A stretch of 64,000 bases of DNA, taken from Eledone cirrhosa (lineage: Eukaryota). The stretch lies in NCBI GenBank assembly GCA_964016885.1, contig OZ024742.1, forward strand, positions 195,300,001 through 195,364,000, written 5' to 3'. Numbering within the stretch: the stretch's first letter is position 1; each line of letters opens with the position of its first letter. Under the pieces are notes generated by a model. That model did not search any database. It was given only the letters and a program-made list of their open reading frames with translations, and was not told the DNA's origin. The position numbers were made by a program, and so were the translations under genes. Of this stretch, positions 1 through 15,000 are shown one piece after another.

Positions 1-3000
1 ACAACCTCTTCCTCCCCTCCGCCATTACATTACAGTGGACAACCTCTTCCTACCCACCTTCATTACATTACAGTGGACAACCTCTTCCTCCCCTCCGCCA
101 TTACATTACAGTGGACAACCTCTTCCTACCCACCTTCATTACATTATAGTGGACAACCTCTTCCTCCCCTCCTTCATTACATTACAGTGGACAACCTCTT
201 CCTCCCCTCCTTCACTACATTACAGTGGACAACCTCTTCCTCTCCTCCTTCATTACATTACAGTGGACAACCTCTTCCTCCCCTCCTTCATTACATTACA
301 GTGGACAACCTCTTCCTCCCCTCCTACATTACATTACAGTGGACAACCTCTTCCTCCCCTCCTTCATTACAATACAGTGGACAACCTCTTCCTCCCCTCC
401 TTCATTACATTACAGTGGACAACCTCTTCCTCCCCTCCTTCATTACACTACAGTGGACAACCTCTTCCTCCCCTCCTTCATTACATTACAGTGGACAACC
501 TCTTCCTCCCCTCCTTCATTACACTACAGTGGACAACCTCTTCCTCCCCTCCTTCATTACATTACAGTGGGCAACCTCTTCCTACCCTCCTTCATTACAT
601 TACAGTGGACAACCTCTTCCTCCCCTCCTTCATTACATTACAGTGGACAACCTCTTCCTCCCCTCCTTCATTACATTACAGTGGACAACCTCTTCCTCCC
701 CTCCTTCATTACATTACAGTGGTCAACCTCTTCCTCCCCTCCTTCATTACATTACAGTGGACAACCTCTTCCTCCCCTCCTTCATTACATTACAGTGGAC
801 AACCTCTTCCTCCCCTCCTTCATTACATTACAGTGGACAACCTCTTCCTCCCCTCCTTCATTACATTACAGTGGACAACCTCTTCCTCCCCTCCTTCATT
901 ACATTACAGTGGACAACCTCTTCCTCCCCTCCTTCATTACATTACAGTGGACAACCTCTTCCTCCCCTCCGCCATTACATTACAGTGGACAACCTCTTCC
1001 TCCCCTCCTTCATTACATTACAGTGGACAACCTCTTCCTCCCCTCCTACATTTCATTACAGTGGACAACCTCTTCCTCCCCTCCTTCATTACATTACAGT
1101 GTACAACCTCTTCCTCCCCTCCTTCATTACATTACAGTGGACAACCTCTTCCTCCCCTCCTTCATTACATTACAGTGGACAACCTCTTCCTCCCCTCCTT
1201 CATTACATTACAGTGGTCAACCTCTTCCTCCCCTCCTTCATTACATTACAGTGGACAACCTCTTCCTCCCCTCCTTCATTACATTACAGTGGACAACCTC
1301 TTCCTCCCCTCCTTCATTACATTACAGTGGACAACCTCTTCCTCCCCTCCTTCATTACATTACAGTGGACAACCTCTTCCTCCCCTCCTTCATTACATTA
1401 CAGTGGACAACCTCTTCCTCCCCTCCTTCATTACATTACAGTGGACAACCTCTTCCTCCCCTCCGCCATTACATTACAGTGGACAACCTCTTCCTCCCCT
1501 CCTTCATTACATTACAGTGGACAACCTCTTCCTCCCCTCCTACATTACATTACAGTGGACAACCTCTTCCTCCCCTCCTTCATTACATTACAGTGTACAA
1601 CCTCTTCCTCCCCTCCTTCATTACATTACAGTGGACAACCTCTTCCTCCCCTCCTTCATTACATTACAGTGGACAACCTCTTCCTCCCCTCCTTCATTAC
1701 ATTACAGTGGACAACCTCTTCCTCCCCTCCTTCATTACATTACAGTGGACAACCTCTTCCTCCCCTCCTTCATTACATTACAGTGGACAACCTCTTCCTC
1801 CCCTCCTTCATTACATTACAGTGGACAACCTCTTCCTCCCCTCCGCCATTACATTACAGTGGACAACCTCTTCCTCCCCTCCTTCATTACATTACAGTGG
1901 ACAACCTCTTCCTCCCCTCCTACATTACATTACAGTGGACAACCTCTTCCTCCCCTCCTTCATTACATTACAGTGGACAACCTCTTCCTCCCCTCCTTCA
2001 TTACATTACAGTGGACAACCTCTTCCTCCCCTCCTTCATTACATTACAGTGGACAACCTCTTCCTCCCCTCCTTCATTACATTACAGTGGACAACCTCTT
2101 CCTCCCCTCCTTCATTACATTACAGTGGACAACCTCTTCCTCCCCTCCTTCATTACATTACAGTGGACAACCTCTTCCTCCCCTCCTTCATTACATTACA
2201 GTGGACAACCTCTTCCTCCCCTCCGCCATTACATTACAGTGGACAACCTCTTCCTACCCACCTTCATTACATTACAGTGGACAACCTCTTCCTCCCCTCC
2301 TTCATTACATTACAGTGGACAACCTCTTCCTCCCCTCCTACATTACATTACAGTGGACAACCTCTTCCTCCCCTCCTTCATTACATTACAGTGGACAACC
2401 TCTTCCTCCCCTCCTTCATTACATTACAGTGGACAACCTCTTCCTCCCCTCCTACATTACATTACAGTGGACAACCTCTTCCTCCCCTCCTTCATTACAT
2501 TACAGTGGACAACCTCTTCCTCCCCTCCGCCATTACATTACAGTGGACAACCTCTTCCTCCCCTCCTTCATTACATTACAGTGGACAACCTCTTCCACCC
2601 CTACTTCATTACATTACAGTGGACAACCTCTTCCTACCCTCCTTCATTACAATACAGTGGACAACCTCTTCCTCCCCTCCTTCATTACATTACAGTGGAC
2701 AACCTCTTCCTCCCCTCCTACATTACATTACAGTGGACAACCTCTTCCTACCCACCTTCATTACATTACAGTGGACAACCTCTTCCTCCCCTCCGCCATT
2801 ACATTACAGTGGACAACCTCTTCCTACCCACCTTCATTACATTACAGTGGACAACCTCTTCCTCCCCTCCGCCATTACATTACAGTGGACAACCTCTTCC
2901 TACCCACCTTCATTACATTATAGTGGACAACCTCTTCCTCCCCTCCTTCATTACATTACAGTGGACAACCTCTTCCTCCCCTCCTTCACTACATTACAGT

Positions 3001-6000
3001 GGACAACCTCTTCCTCCCCTCCTTCATTACATTACAGTGGACAACCTCTTCCTCCCCTCCTTCATTACATTACAGTGGACAACCTCTTCCTCCCCTCCTA
3101 CATTACATTACAGTGGACAACCTCTTCCTCCCCTCCTTCATTACAATACAGTGGACAACCTCTTCCTCCCCTCCTTCATTACATTACAGTGGACAACCTC
3201 TTCCTCCCCTCCTTCATTACATTACAGTGGACAACCTCTTCCTCCGCCATTACATTACAATACAGTGGACAACCTCTTCCTCCCCTCCTTCATTACATTA
3301 CAGTGGACAACCTCTTCCTCCCCTCCTTCATTACATTACAGTGGACAACCTCTTCCTCCCCTCCTTCATTACATTACAGTGGACAACCTCTTCCTCCCCT
3401 CCTTCATTACATTACAGTGGACAACCTCTTCCTCCCCTCCTTCATTACATTACAGTGGACAACCTCTTCCTCCCCTCCTTCATTACATTACAGTGGACAA
3501 CCTCTTCCTCCCCTCCTTCATTACATTACAGTGGACAACCTCTTCCTCCCCTCCTACATTACATTACAGTGGACAACCTCTTCCTCCCCTCCTTCATTAC
3601 AATACAGTGGACAACCTCTTCCTCCCCTCCTTCATTACATTACAGTGGACAACCTATTCCTCCCCTCCTTCATTACATTACAGTGGACAACCTTTTCCTC
3701 CCCTCCTTCATTACATTACAGTGGACAACCTCTTCCTCCCCTCCTTCATTACATTACAGTGGACAACCTCTTCCTCCCCTCCGCCATTACATTACAGTGG
3801 ACAACCTCTTCTTACCCACCTTCATTACATTACAGTGGACAACCTCTTCCTCCCCTCCTTCATTACATTACAGTGGACAACCTCTTCCTCCCCTCCGCCA
3901 TTACATTACAGTGGACAACCTCTTCCTACCCACCTTCATTACATTACAGTGGACAACCTCTTCCTCCCCTCCTTCATTACATTACAGTGGACAACCTCTT
4001 CCTCCCCTCCACCATTACATTACAGTGGACAACCTCTTCCTCCCCTCCTTCATTACATTACAGTGGACAACCTCTTCCTCCCCTCCTTCATTACATTAGA
4101 GTGGACAACCTCTTCCTACCCTCCTTCATTACATTACAGTGGACAACCTCTTCCTCCCCTCCTTCATTACATTACAGTGGACAACCTCTTCCTCCCCTCC
4201 TTCATTACAGTGGACAACCTCTTCCTCCCCTCCTTCATTACATTACAGTGGACAACCTCTTCCTCCCCTCCTTCATTACATTACAGTGGACAACCTCTTC
4301 CTCCCCTCCGCCATTACATTACAGTGGACAACCTCTTCCTACCCACCTTCATTACATTACAGTGGACAACCTCTTCCTCCCCTCCTTCATTACATTACAG
4401 TGGAGAACCTCTTCCTCCCCTCCTTCATTACATTACAGTGGACAACCTCTTCCTACCCTCCTTCATTACATTACAGTGGACAACCTCTTCCTCCCCTCCT
4501 TCATTACGTTACAGTGGACAACCTCTTCCTCCCCTCCTTCATTACATTACAGTGGACAACCTCTTCCTACCCTCCTTCATTACAATACAGTGGACAACCT
4601 CTTCCTCCCCTCCTTCATTACATTACAGTGGACAACCTCTTCCTCCCCTCCTTCATTACATTACAGTGGACAACCTCTTCCTCCCCTCCTTCATTACATT
4701 ACAGTGGACAACCTCTTCCTCCCCTCCTTCATTACATTACAGTGGACAACCTCTTCCTCCCCTCCGCCATTACATTACAGTGGACAACCTCTTCCTACCC
4801 ACCTTCATTACATTACAGTGGACAACCTCTTCCTCCCCTCCTTCATTACATTACAGTGGACAACCTCTTCCTCCCCTCCTTCATTACATTACAGTGGACA
4901 ACCTCTTCCTCCCCCCCTTCATTACATTACAGTGGACAACCTCTTCCTCCCCTCCTTCATTACATTACAGTGGACAACCTCTTCCTCCCCTCCTTCATTA
5001 CAGTGGACAACTTCTTCCTCCCCTCCTTCATTACAGTGGACAACCTCTTCCTACCCACCTTCATTACATTACAGTGGACAACCTCTTCCTCCCCTCCTTC
5101 ATTACATTACAGTGGACAACCTCTTCCTCCCCTCCTTCATTACAGTGGACAACCTCTTCCTCCCCTCCTTCATTACAGTGGACAACCTCTTCCTACCCTC
5201 CTTCATTACATTACAGTGGACAACCTCTTCCTCCCCTCCTTCATTACATTACAGTGGACAACCTCTTCCTCCCCTCCTTCATTACATTACAGTGGACAAC
5301 CTCTTCCTCCCCTCCTTCATTACATTACAGTGGACAACCTCTTCCTCCCCTCCTTCATTACACTACAGTGGACAACCTCTTCCTCCCCTCCTTCATTACA
5401 TTACAGTGGACAACCTCTTCCTACCCTCCTTCATTACATTACAGTGGACAACATCTTCCTCCCCTCCTTCATTACACTACAGTGGACAACCTCTTCCTCC
5501 CCTCCTTCATTACACTACAGTGGATAACCTCTTCCTCCCCTCCTTCATTACACTACAGTGGACAACCTCTTCCTCCCCTCCTTCATTACACTACAGTGGA
5601 CAACCTCTTCCTCCCCTCCTTCATTACACTACAGTGGACAACCTCTTCCTCCCCTCCTTCATTACACTACAGTGGACAACCTCTTCCTCCCCTCCTTCAT
5701 TACATTACAGTGGACAACCTCTTCCTCCCCTCCTTCATTACACTACAGTGGATAACCTCTTTCTCCCCTCCTTCATTACACTGCAGTGGACAACCTCTTC
5801 CTCCCCTCCTTCTATACACTACAGTGGACAACCTCTTCCTCCCCTCCTTCATTACATTACAGTGGACAACCTCTTCCTCCCCTCCTTCATTACACTACAG
5901 TGGACAACCTCTTCCTCCCCTCCTTCATTAGAATACAGTGGACAACCTCTTCCTCCCCTCCTTCATTACACTACAGTGGACAACCTCTTCCTCCCCTCCT

Positions 6001-9000
6001 TCATTACATTACAGTGGACAACCTCTTCCTCCCCTCCTTCATTACATTACAGTGGACAACCTCTTCCTCCCCTCCTTCATTACATTACAGTGGACAACCT
6101 CTTCCCCCCCCCCTCATTCATTACATTACAGTGGACAACCTCTTCCTCCCCTCCTTCATTACATTACAGTGGACAACCTCTTCCTCCCCTCCTTCATTAC
6201 AATACAGTGGACAACCTCTTCCTCCCCTCCTTCATTACATTACAGTGGACAACCTCTTCCTCCCCTCCTTCATTACATTACAGTGGACAACCTCTTCCTC
6301 CCCTCCTTCATTACAATACAGTGGACAACCTCTTCCTCCCCTCCTTCATTTCATTACAGTGGACAACCTCTTCCTCCGCCATTACATTACAGTGGACAAC
6401 CTCTTCCTCCCCTCCTTCATTACATTACAGTGGACAACCTCTTCCTCCCCTCCTTCATTACACTACAGTGGACAACCTCTTCCTCCCCTCCTTCATTACA
6501 CTACAGTTGACAACCTCTTCCTCCCCTCCTTCATTACACTACAGTGGACAACCTCTTCCTCCCCTCCTTCATTACACTACAGTGGATAACCTCTTCCTCC
6601 CCTCCTTCATTACATTACAGTGGACAACCTCTTCCTCCCCTCCTTCATTACATTACAGTGGACAACCTCTTCCTCCCCTCCTTCATTACATTACAGTGGA
6701 CAACCTCTTCCTCCCCTCCTTCATTACATTACAGTGGACAACCTCTTCCTCCCCTCCTTCATTACATTACAGTGGACAACCTCTTCCCCCCCCCCCCTCC
6801 TTCATTACATTACAGTGGACAACCTCTTCCTCCCCTCCTTCATTACATTACGGTGGACAACCTCTTCCTCCCCTCCTTCATTACAATACAGTGGACAACC
6901 TCTTCCTCCCCTCCTTCATTACATTACAGTGGACAACCTCTTCCTCCCCTCCTTCATTACATTACAGTGGACAACCTCTTCCTCCCCTCCTTCATTACAA
7001 TACAGTGGACAACCTCTTCCTCCCCTCCTTCATTACATTACAGTGGACAACCTCTTCCTCCCCTCCTTCATTACATTACTGTGGACAACCTCTTCCTCCC
7101 CTCCTTCATTACATTACAGTGGACAACCTCTTCCTCCCCTCCTTCATTACATTACAGTGGACAACCTCTTCCTCCCCTCCTTCATTACATTACAGTGGAC
7201 AACCTCTTCCCCCCCCCCTCCTTCATTACATTACAGTGGACAACCTCTTCCTCCCCTCCTTCATTACATTACAGTGGACAACCTCTTCTTCCCCTCCTTC
7301 ATTACATTACAGTGGACAACCTCTTCCTCCCCTCCTTCATTACATTACAGTGGACAACCTCTTCCTCCCCTCCTTCATTACATTACAGTGGACAACCTCT
7401 TCCTCCCCTCCTTCATTACATTACAGTGGACAACCTCGTCCTCCCCTCCTTCATTACATTACAGTGGACAACCTCTTCCTACCCTCCTTCATTACAATAC
7501 AGTGGGCAACCTCTTCCTCCCCTCCTTCATTACATTACAGTGGACAACCTCTTCCTCCCCTCCTTCATTACATTACAGTGGACAACCTCTTCCCCCCCCT
7601 CCTTCATTACATTACAGTGGGCAACCTCTTCCTACCTTCCTTCATTACATTACAGTGGACAACCTCTTCCTCCCCTCCTTCATTACATTACAGTGGACAA
7701 CCTCTTCCTCCCCTCCTTCATTACATTACAGTGGACAACCTCCTTCTCCCCTCCTTCATTACATTACAGTGGACAACCTCTTCCTACCCTCCTTCATTAC
7801 ATTACAGTGGACAACCTCTTCCTCCCCTCCTTCATTACATTACAGTGGACAACCTCTTCCTACCCTCCTTCATTACATTACAGTGGACAACCTCTTCCCC
7901 CCCCTCCTTCATTACATTACAGTGGGCAACCTCTTCCTACCTTCCTTCATTACATTACAGTGGACAACCTCTTCCTCCCCTCCTTTATTACATTACAGTG
8001 GACAACCTCTTCCTCCCCTCCTTCATTACATTACAGTGGACAACCTCTTCCTCCCCTCCTTCATTACATTACAGTGGACAACATCTTCCTCCCCTCCTTC
8101 ATTACAATACAGTGGACAACCTCTTCCTCCCCTCCTTCATTACATTACAGTGGACAACCTCCTTCTCCCCTCCTTCATTACATTACAGTGGACAACCTCC
8201 TTCTCCCCTCCTTCATTACATTACAGTGGACAACCTCTTCCTACCCTCCTTCATTACACTACAGTGGACAACCTCTTCCTCCCCTCCTTCATTACATTAC
8301 AGTGGACAACCTCTTCCTCCCCTCCTTCATTACATTACAGTGGACAACCTCTTCCTCCCCTCCGCCATTACAATACAGTGGAAAACCTCTTCCTCCCCTC
8401 CTTCATTACATTACAGTGGACAACCTCTTCCTCCCCTCCTTCATTACAATACAGTGGACAACCTCTTCCTCCCCTCCTTCATTACATTACAATGGACAAC
8501 CTCTTCCTCCCCTCCTTCATTACAATACAGTGGACAACCTCTTCCTCCCCTCCTTCATTACATTACAGTGGACAACCTCTTCCTCCCCCCCTCCTTCATT
8601 ACATTACAGTGGACAACCTCTTCCTCCCCTCCTTCATTACATTACAGTGGACAACCTCTTCTTCCCCTCCTTCATTACATTAGGCAACCTCTTCCTCCCC
8701 TCCTTCATTACATTACAGTGGACAACCTCTTCCTCCCCTCCTTCATTACATTACAGTGGACAACATCTTCCCCCCCCCCTCCTTCATTACATTACAGTGG
8801 ACAACCTCTTCCTCCCCTCCTTCATTACATTACAGTGGACAACCTCTTCCTCCCCCCCTTCATTACATTACAGTGGACAACCTCTTCCTCCCCTCCTTCA
8901 TTACATTACAGTGGACAACCTCTTCCTCCCCTCCTTCATTACAATACAGTGGACAACCTCTTCCTCCCCTCCTTCATTACATTACAGTGGACAACATCTT

Positions 9001-12000
9001 CCTACCCTCCTTCATTACATTACAGTGGACAACCTCTTCCTCCCCTCCTTCATTACATTACAGTGGGCAACCTCTTCCCCCCCCCCCCTCCTTCATTACA
9101 TTACAGTGGACAACCTCTTCCTCCCCCCCCACCTTCATTACATTACAGTGGACAACCTCTTCCTCCCCTCCTTCATTACATTACAGTGGACAACCTCTTC
9201 CCCCCCCCCCACCTTCATTACATTACAGTGGGCAACCTCTTCCTCCCCCCCCTCCTTTATTACATTACAGTGGACAACCTCTTCCTCCCCTCCTTCATTA
9301 CATTACAGTGGACAACCTCTTTCTCCCCTCCTTCATTACATTACAGTGGACAACCTCTTCCTACCCTCCTTCATTACATTACAGTGGACAACCTCTTCCT
9401 CCCCTCCTTCATTACATTACAGTGGACAACCTCTTCCTCCCCTCCTTCATTACATTACAGTCGACAACCTCTTCCTCCCCTCCTTCATTACATTACAGTG
9501 GTCAACCTCTCCCCCCCTCCTTCATTACATTACAGTGGACAACCTCTTCCTCCCCTTCTTCATTACATTACAGTGGACAACCTCTTCCTACCCTCCTTCA
9601 TTACATTATAGTGGACAACCTCTTCCTCCCCTCCTTCATTACATTATAGTGGACAACCTCTTCCTCCCCTCCTTCATTACATTACAGTGGACAACCTCTT
9701 CCTCCCCTCCTTCATTACATTACAGTGGACAACCTCTTCCTCCCCTCCTTCATTACATTACAGTGGACAACCTCTTCCTCCCCTCCTTCATTACATTACA
9801 GTGGACAACCTCTTCCTACCCTCCTTCATTACATTACAGTGGACAACCTCTTCCTCCCCTCCTTCATTACATTACAGTGGACAACCTCTTCCTACCCTCC
9901 TTCATTACATTATAGTGGACAACCTCTTCCTCCCCTCCTTCATTACATTACAGTGGACAACCTCTTCCTACCCTCCTTCATTACAATACAGTGGACAACC
10001 TCTTCCCCCCCCTCCTTCATTACATTACAGTGGACAACCTCTTCCCCCCCTCCTTCATTACATTACAGTGGACAACCTCTTCCTCCCCTCCTTCATTACA
10101 TTACAGTGGACAACCTCTTCCTCCCCTCCTTCATTACACTACAGTGGACAACCTCTTCCTCCCCTCCTTCATTACATTACAGTGGACAACCTCTTCCTCC
10201 CCTCCTTCATTACATTACAGTGGACAACCTCCTCCCCCCCTCCTTCATTACAATACAGTGGACAACCTCTTCCTCCCCTCCTTCATTACACTACAGTGGA
10301 TAACCTCTTCCTCCCCTCCTTCATTACACTACAGTGGACAACCCCTTCCTCCCCTCCTTCATTACACTACAGTGGACAACCTCTTCCTCCCCTCCTTCAT
10401 TACACTACAGTGGACAACCTCTTCCTCCCCTCCTTCATTACACTACAGTGGACAACCTCTTCCTCCCCTCCTTCATTACACTACAGTGGACAACCTCTTC
10501 CTCCCCTCCTTCATTACACTACAGTGGATAACCTCTTTCTCCCCTCCTTCATTACACTGCAGTGGACAACCTCTTCCCCCCCTCCTTCATTACACTACAG
10601 TGGACAACCTCTTCCTCCCCTCCTTCATTACATTACAGTGGACAACCTCTTCCTCCCCTCCTTCATTACACTACAGTGGACAACCTCTTCCTCCCCTCCT
10701 TCATTACAATACAGTGGACAACCTCTTCCTCCCCTCCTTCATTACATTACAGTGGACAACATCTTCCTCCCATCCTTCATTACATTACAGTGGACAACCT
10801 CTTCCTCCCCTCCTTCATTACAATACAGTGGACAACCTCTTCCTCCCCTCCTTCATTACATTACAGTGGACAACATCTTCCTCCCATCCTTCATTACATT
10901 ACAGTGGACAACCTCTTCCTCCCCTCCTTCATTACATTACAGTGGACAACCTCTTCCTCCCCTCCTTCATTACAATACAGTGGACAACCTCTTCCTCCCA
11001 TCCTTCATTACAATACAGTGGACAACCTCTTCCTCCCCTCCTTCATTACACTACAGTGGACAACCTCTTCCTCCCCTCCTTCATTTCATTACAGTGGACA
11101 ACCTCTTCCTCCGCCATTACATTACAGTGGACAACCTCTTCCTCCCCTCCTTCATTACATTACAGTGGACAACCTCTTCCTCCCCTCCTTCATTACACTA
11201 CAGTGGACAACCTCTTCCTCCCCTCCTTCATTACACTACAGTTGACAACCTCTTCCTCCCCTCCTTCATTACACTACAGTGGACAACCTCTTCCTCCCCT
11301 CCTTCATTACACTACAGTGGATAACCTCTTCCTCCCCTCCTTCATTACATTACAGTGGACAACCTCTTCCTCCCCTCCTTCATTACATTACAGTGGACAA
11401 CCTCTTCCTCCCCTCCTTCATTACATTACAGTGGACAACCTCTTCCTCCCCTCCTTCATTACATTACAGTGGACAACCTCTTCCTCCCCTCCTTCATTAC
11501 ATTACAGTGGACAACCTCTTCCCCCCCCTCCTTCATTACATTACAGTGGACAACCTCTTCCTCCCCTCCTTCATTACATTACGGTGGACAACCTCTTCCT
11601 CCCCTCCTTCATTACAATACAGTGGACAACCTCTTCCTCCCCTCCTTCATTACATTACAGTGGACAACCTCTTCCTCCCCTCCTTCATTACATTACAGTG
11701 GACAACCTCTTCCTCCCCTCCTTCATTACAATACAGTGGACAACCTCTTCCTCCCCTCCTTCATTACATTACAGTGGACAACCTCTTCCTCCCCTCCTTC
11801 ATTACATTACAGTGGACAACCTCTTCCTCCCCTCCTTCATTACATTACAGTGGACAACCTCTTCCTCCCCTCCTTCATTACATTACAGTGGACAACCTCT
11901 TCCTCCCCTCCTTCATTACATTACAGTGGACAACCTCTTCCCCCCCCCCCTCCTTCATTACATTACAGTGGACAACCTCTTCCTCCCCTCCTTCATTACA

Positions 12001-15000
12001 TTACAGTGGACAACCTCTTCCTCCCCTCCTTCATTACATTACAGTGGACAACCTCTTCCTCCCCTCCTTCATTACATTACAGTGGACAACCTCTTCCTCC
12101 CCTCCTTCATTACACTACAGTTGACAACCTCTTCCTCCCCTCCTTCATTACATTACAGTGGACAACCTCTTCCTCCCCTCCTTCATTACATTACAGTGGA
12201 CAACCTCTTCCTCCCCTCCTTCATTACATTACAGTGGACAACCTCTTCCTCCCCTCCTTCATTACATTACAGTGGACAACCTCTTCCTCCCCTCCTTCAT
12301 TACATTACAGTGGACAACCTCTTCCTCCCATCCTTCATTACAATACAGTGGACAACCTCTTCCTCCCCTCCTTCATTACATTACAGTGGACAACCTCTTC
12401 CTCCCCTCCTTCATTACACTACAGTGGACAACCTCTTCCTCCCCTCCTTCATTACATTACAGTGGACAACCTCTTCCTTCCCTCCTTCATTACATTACAG
12501 TGGACAACCTCTTCCCCCTCTCCTTCATTACATTACAGTGGACAACCTCTCCCCCCCCCCTCCTTCATTACATTACAGTGGACAACCTCTTCCTGCCCTC
12601 CTTCATTACATTACAGTGGACAACCTCTTCCTACCCTCCTTCATTACATTACAGTGGACAACCTCTTCCTACCCTCCTTCATTACATTACAGTGGACAAC
12701 CTCTTCCTCCCCTCCTTCATTACATTACAGTGGACAACCTCTTCCTCCCCTCCTTCATTACATTACAGTGGACAACCTCTTCCTCCCTCCTTCATTACAT
12801 TACAGTGGACAACCTCTTCCTCCCCTCCTTCATTGCATTACAGTGGACAACCTCTTCCTCCCCTCCTTCATTACATTACAGTGGAAAACCTCTTCCTCCC
12901 CTCCTTCATTACATTACAGTGGACAACCTCTTCCTCCCCTCCTTCATTACAATACAGTGGGCCACCTCTTCCTCCCCTCCTTCATTACATTACAGTGGAC
13001 AACCTCTTCCTACCCTCCTTCATTACATTACAGTGGACTACCTCTTCCTCCCCTCCTTCATTACATTACAGTGGACAACCTCTTCCTCCCCTCCTTCATT
13101 ACATTACAGTGGACAACCTCTTCCTCCCCTCCTTCATTACATTACAGTGGACAATCTCTTCCTACCCACCTTCATTACATTACAGTGGACAACCTCTTCC
13201 TCCCCTCCGCCATTACATTACAGTGGACAACCTCTTCCTCCCCTCCTTCATTACACTACAGTGGACAACCTCTTCCTCCCCTCCGCCATTACATTACAGT
13301 GGACAACCTCTTCCTACCCACCTTCATTACATTACAGTGGACAACCTCTTCCTCCCCTCCTTCATTACATTACAGTGGACAACCTCTTCCTCCCCTCCAC
13401 CATTACATTACAGTGGACAACCTCTTCCTCCCCTCCTTCATTACATTACAGTGGACAACCTCTTCCTCCCCTCCTTCATTACATTAGAGTGGACAACCTC
13501 TTCCTACCCTCCTTCATTACATTACAGTGGACAACCTCTTCCTCCCCTCCTTCATTACATTACAGTGGACAACCTCTTCCTCCCCTCCCTCATTACAGTG
13601 GACAACCTCTTCCTCCCCTCCTTCATTACATTACAGTGGACAACCTCTTCCTCCCCTCCTTCATTACATTACAGTGGACAACCTCTTCCTCCCCTCCGCC
13701 ATTACATTACAGTGGACAACCTCTTCCTACCCACCTTCATTACATTACAGTGGACAACCTCTTCCTCCCCTCCTTCATTACATTACAGTGGACAACCTCT
13801 TCCTCCCCTCCTTCATTACATTACAGTGGACAACCTCTTCCTACCCTCCTTCATTACATTACAGTGGACAACCTCTTCCTCCCCTCCTTCATTACGTTAC
13901 AGTGGACAACCTCTTCCTCCCCTCCTTCATTACATTACAGTGGACAACCTCTTCCTACCCTCCTTCATTACAATACAGTGGACAACCTCTTCCTCCCCTC
14001 CTTCATTACATTACAGTGGACAACCTCTTCCTCCCCTCCTTCATTACATTACAGTGGACAACCTCTTCCTCCCCTCCTTCATTACATTACAGTGGACAAC
14101 CTCTTCCTCCCCTCCTTCATTACATTACAGTGGACAACCTCTTCCTCCCCTCCGCCATTACATTACAGTGGACAACCTCTTCCTCCCCTCCTTCATTACA
14201 TTACAGTGGACAACCTCTTCCTCCCCTCCTTCATTACATTACAGTGGACAACCTCTTCCTCCCCTCCTTCATTACATTACAGTGGACAACCTCTTCCTCC
14301 CCTCCTTCATTACAGTGGACAACTTCTTCCTCCCCTCCTTCATTACAGTGGACAACCTCTTCCTACCCACCTTCATTACATTACAGTGGACAACCTCTTC
14401 CTCCCCTCCTTCATTACATTACAGTGGACAACCTCTTCCTCCCCTCCTTCATTACAGTGGACAACCTCTTCCTCCCCTCCTTCATTACAGTGGACAACCT
14501 CTTCCTACCCTCCTTCATTACATTACAGTGGACAACCTCTTCCTCCCCTCCTTCATTACATTACAGTGGACAACCTCTTCCTCCCCTCCTTCATTACATT
14601 ACAGTGGACAACCTCTTCCTCCCCTCCTTCATTACATTACAGTGGACAACCTCTTCCTCCCCTCCTTCATTACACTACAGTGGACAACCTCTTCCTCCCC
14701 TCCTTCATTACATTACAGTGGACAACCTCTTCCTACCCTCCTTCATTACATTACAGTGGACAACATCTTCCTCCCCTCCTTCATTACACTACAGTGGACA
14801 ACCTCTTCCTCCCCTCCTTCATTACACTACAGTGGATAACCTCTTCCTCCCCTCCTTCATTACACTACAGTGGACAACCTCTTCCTCCCCTCCTTCATTA
14901 CACTACAGTGGACAACCTCTTCCTCCCCTCCTTCATTACACTACAGTGGACAACCTCTTCCTCCCCTCCTTCATTACACTACAGTGGACAACCTCTTCCT

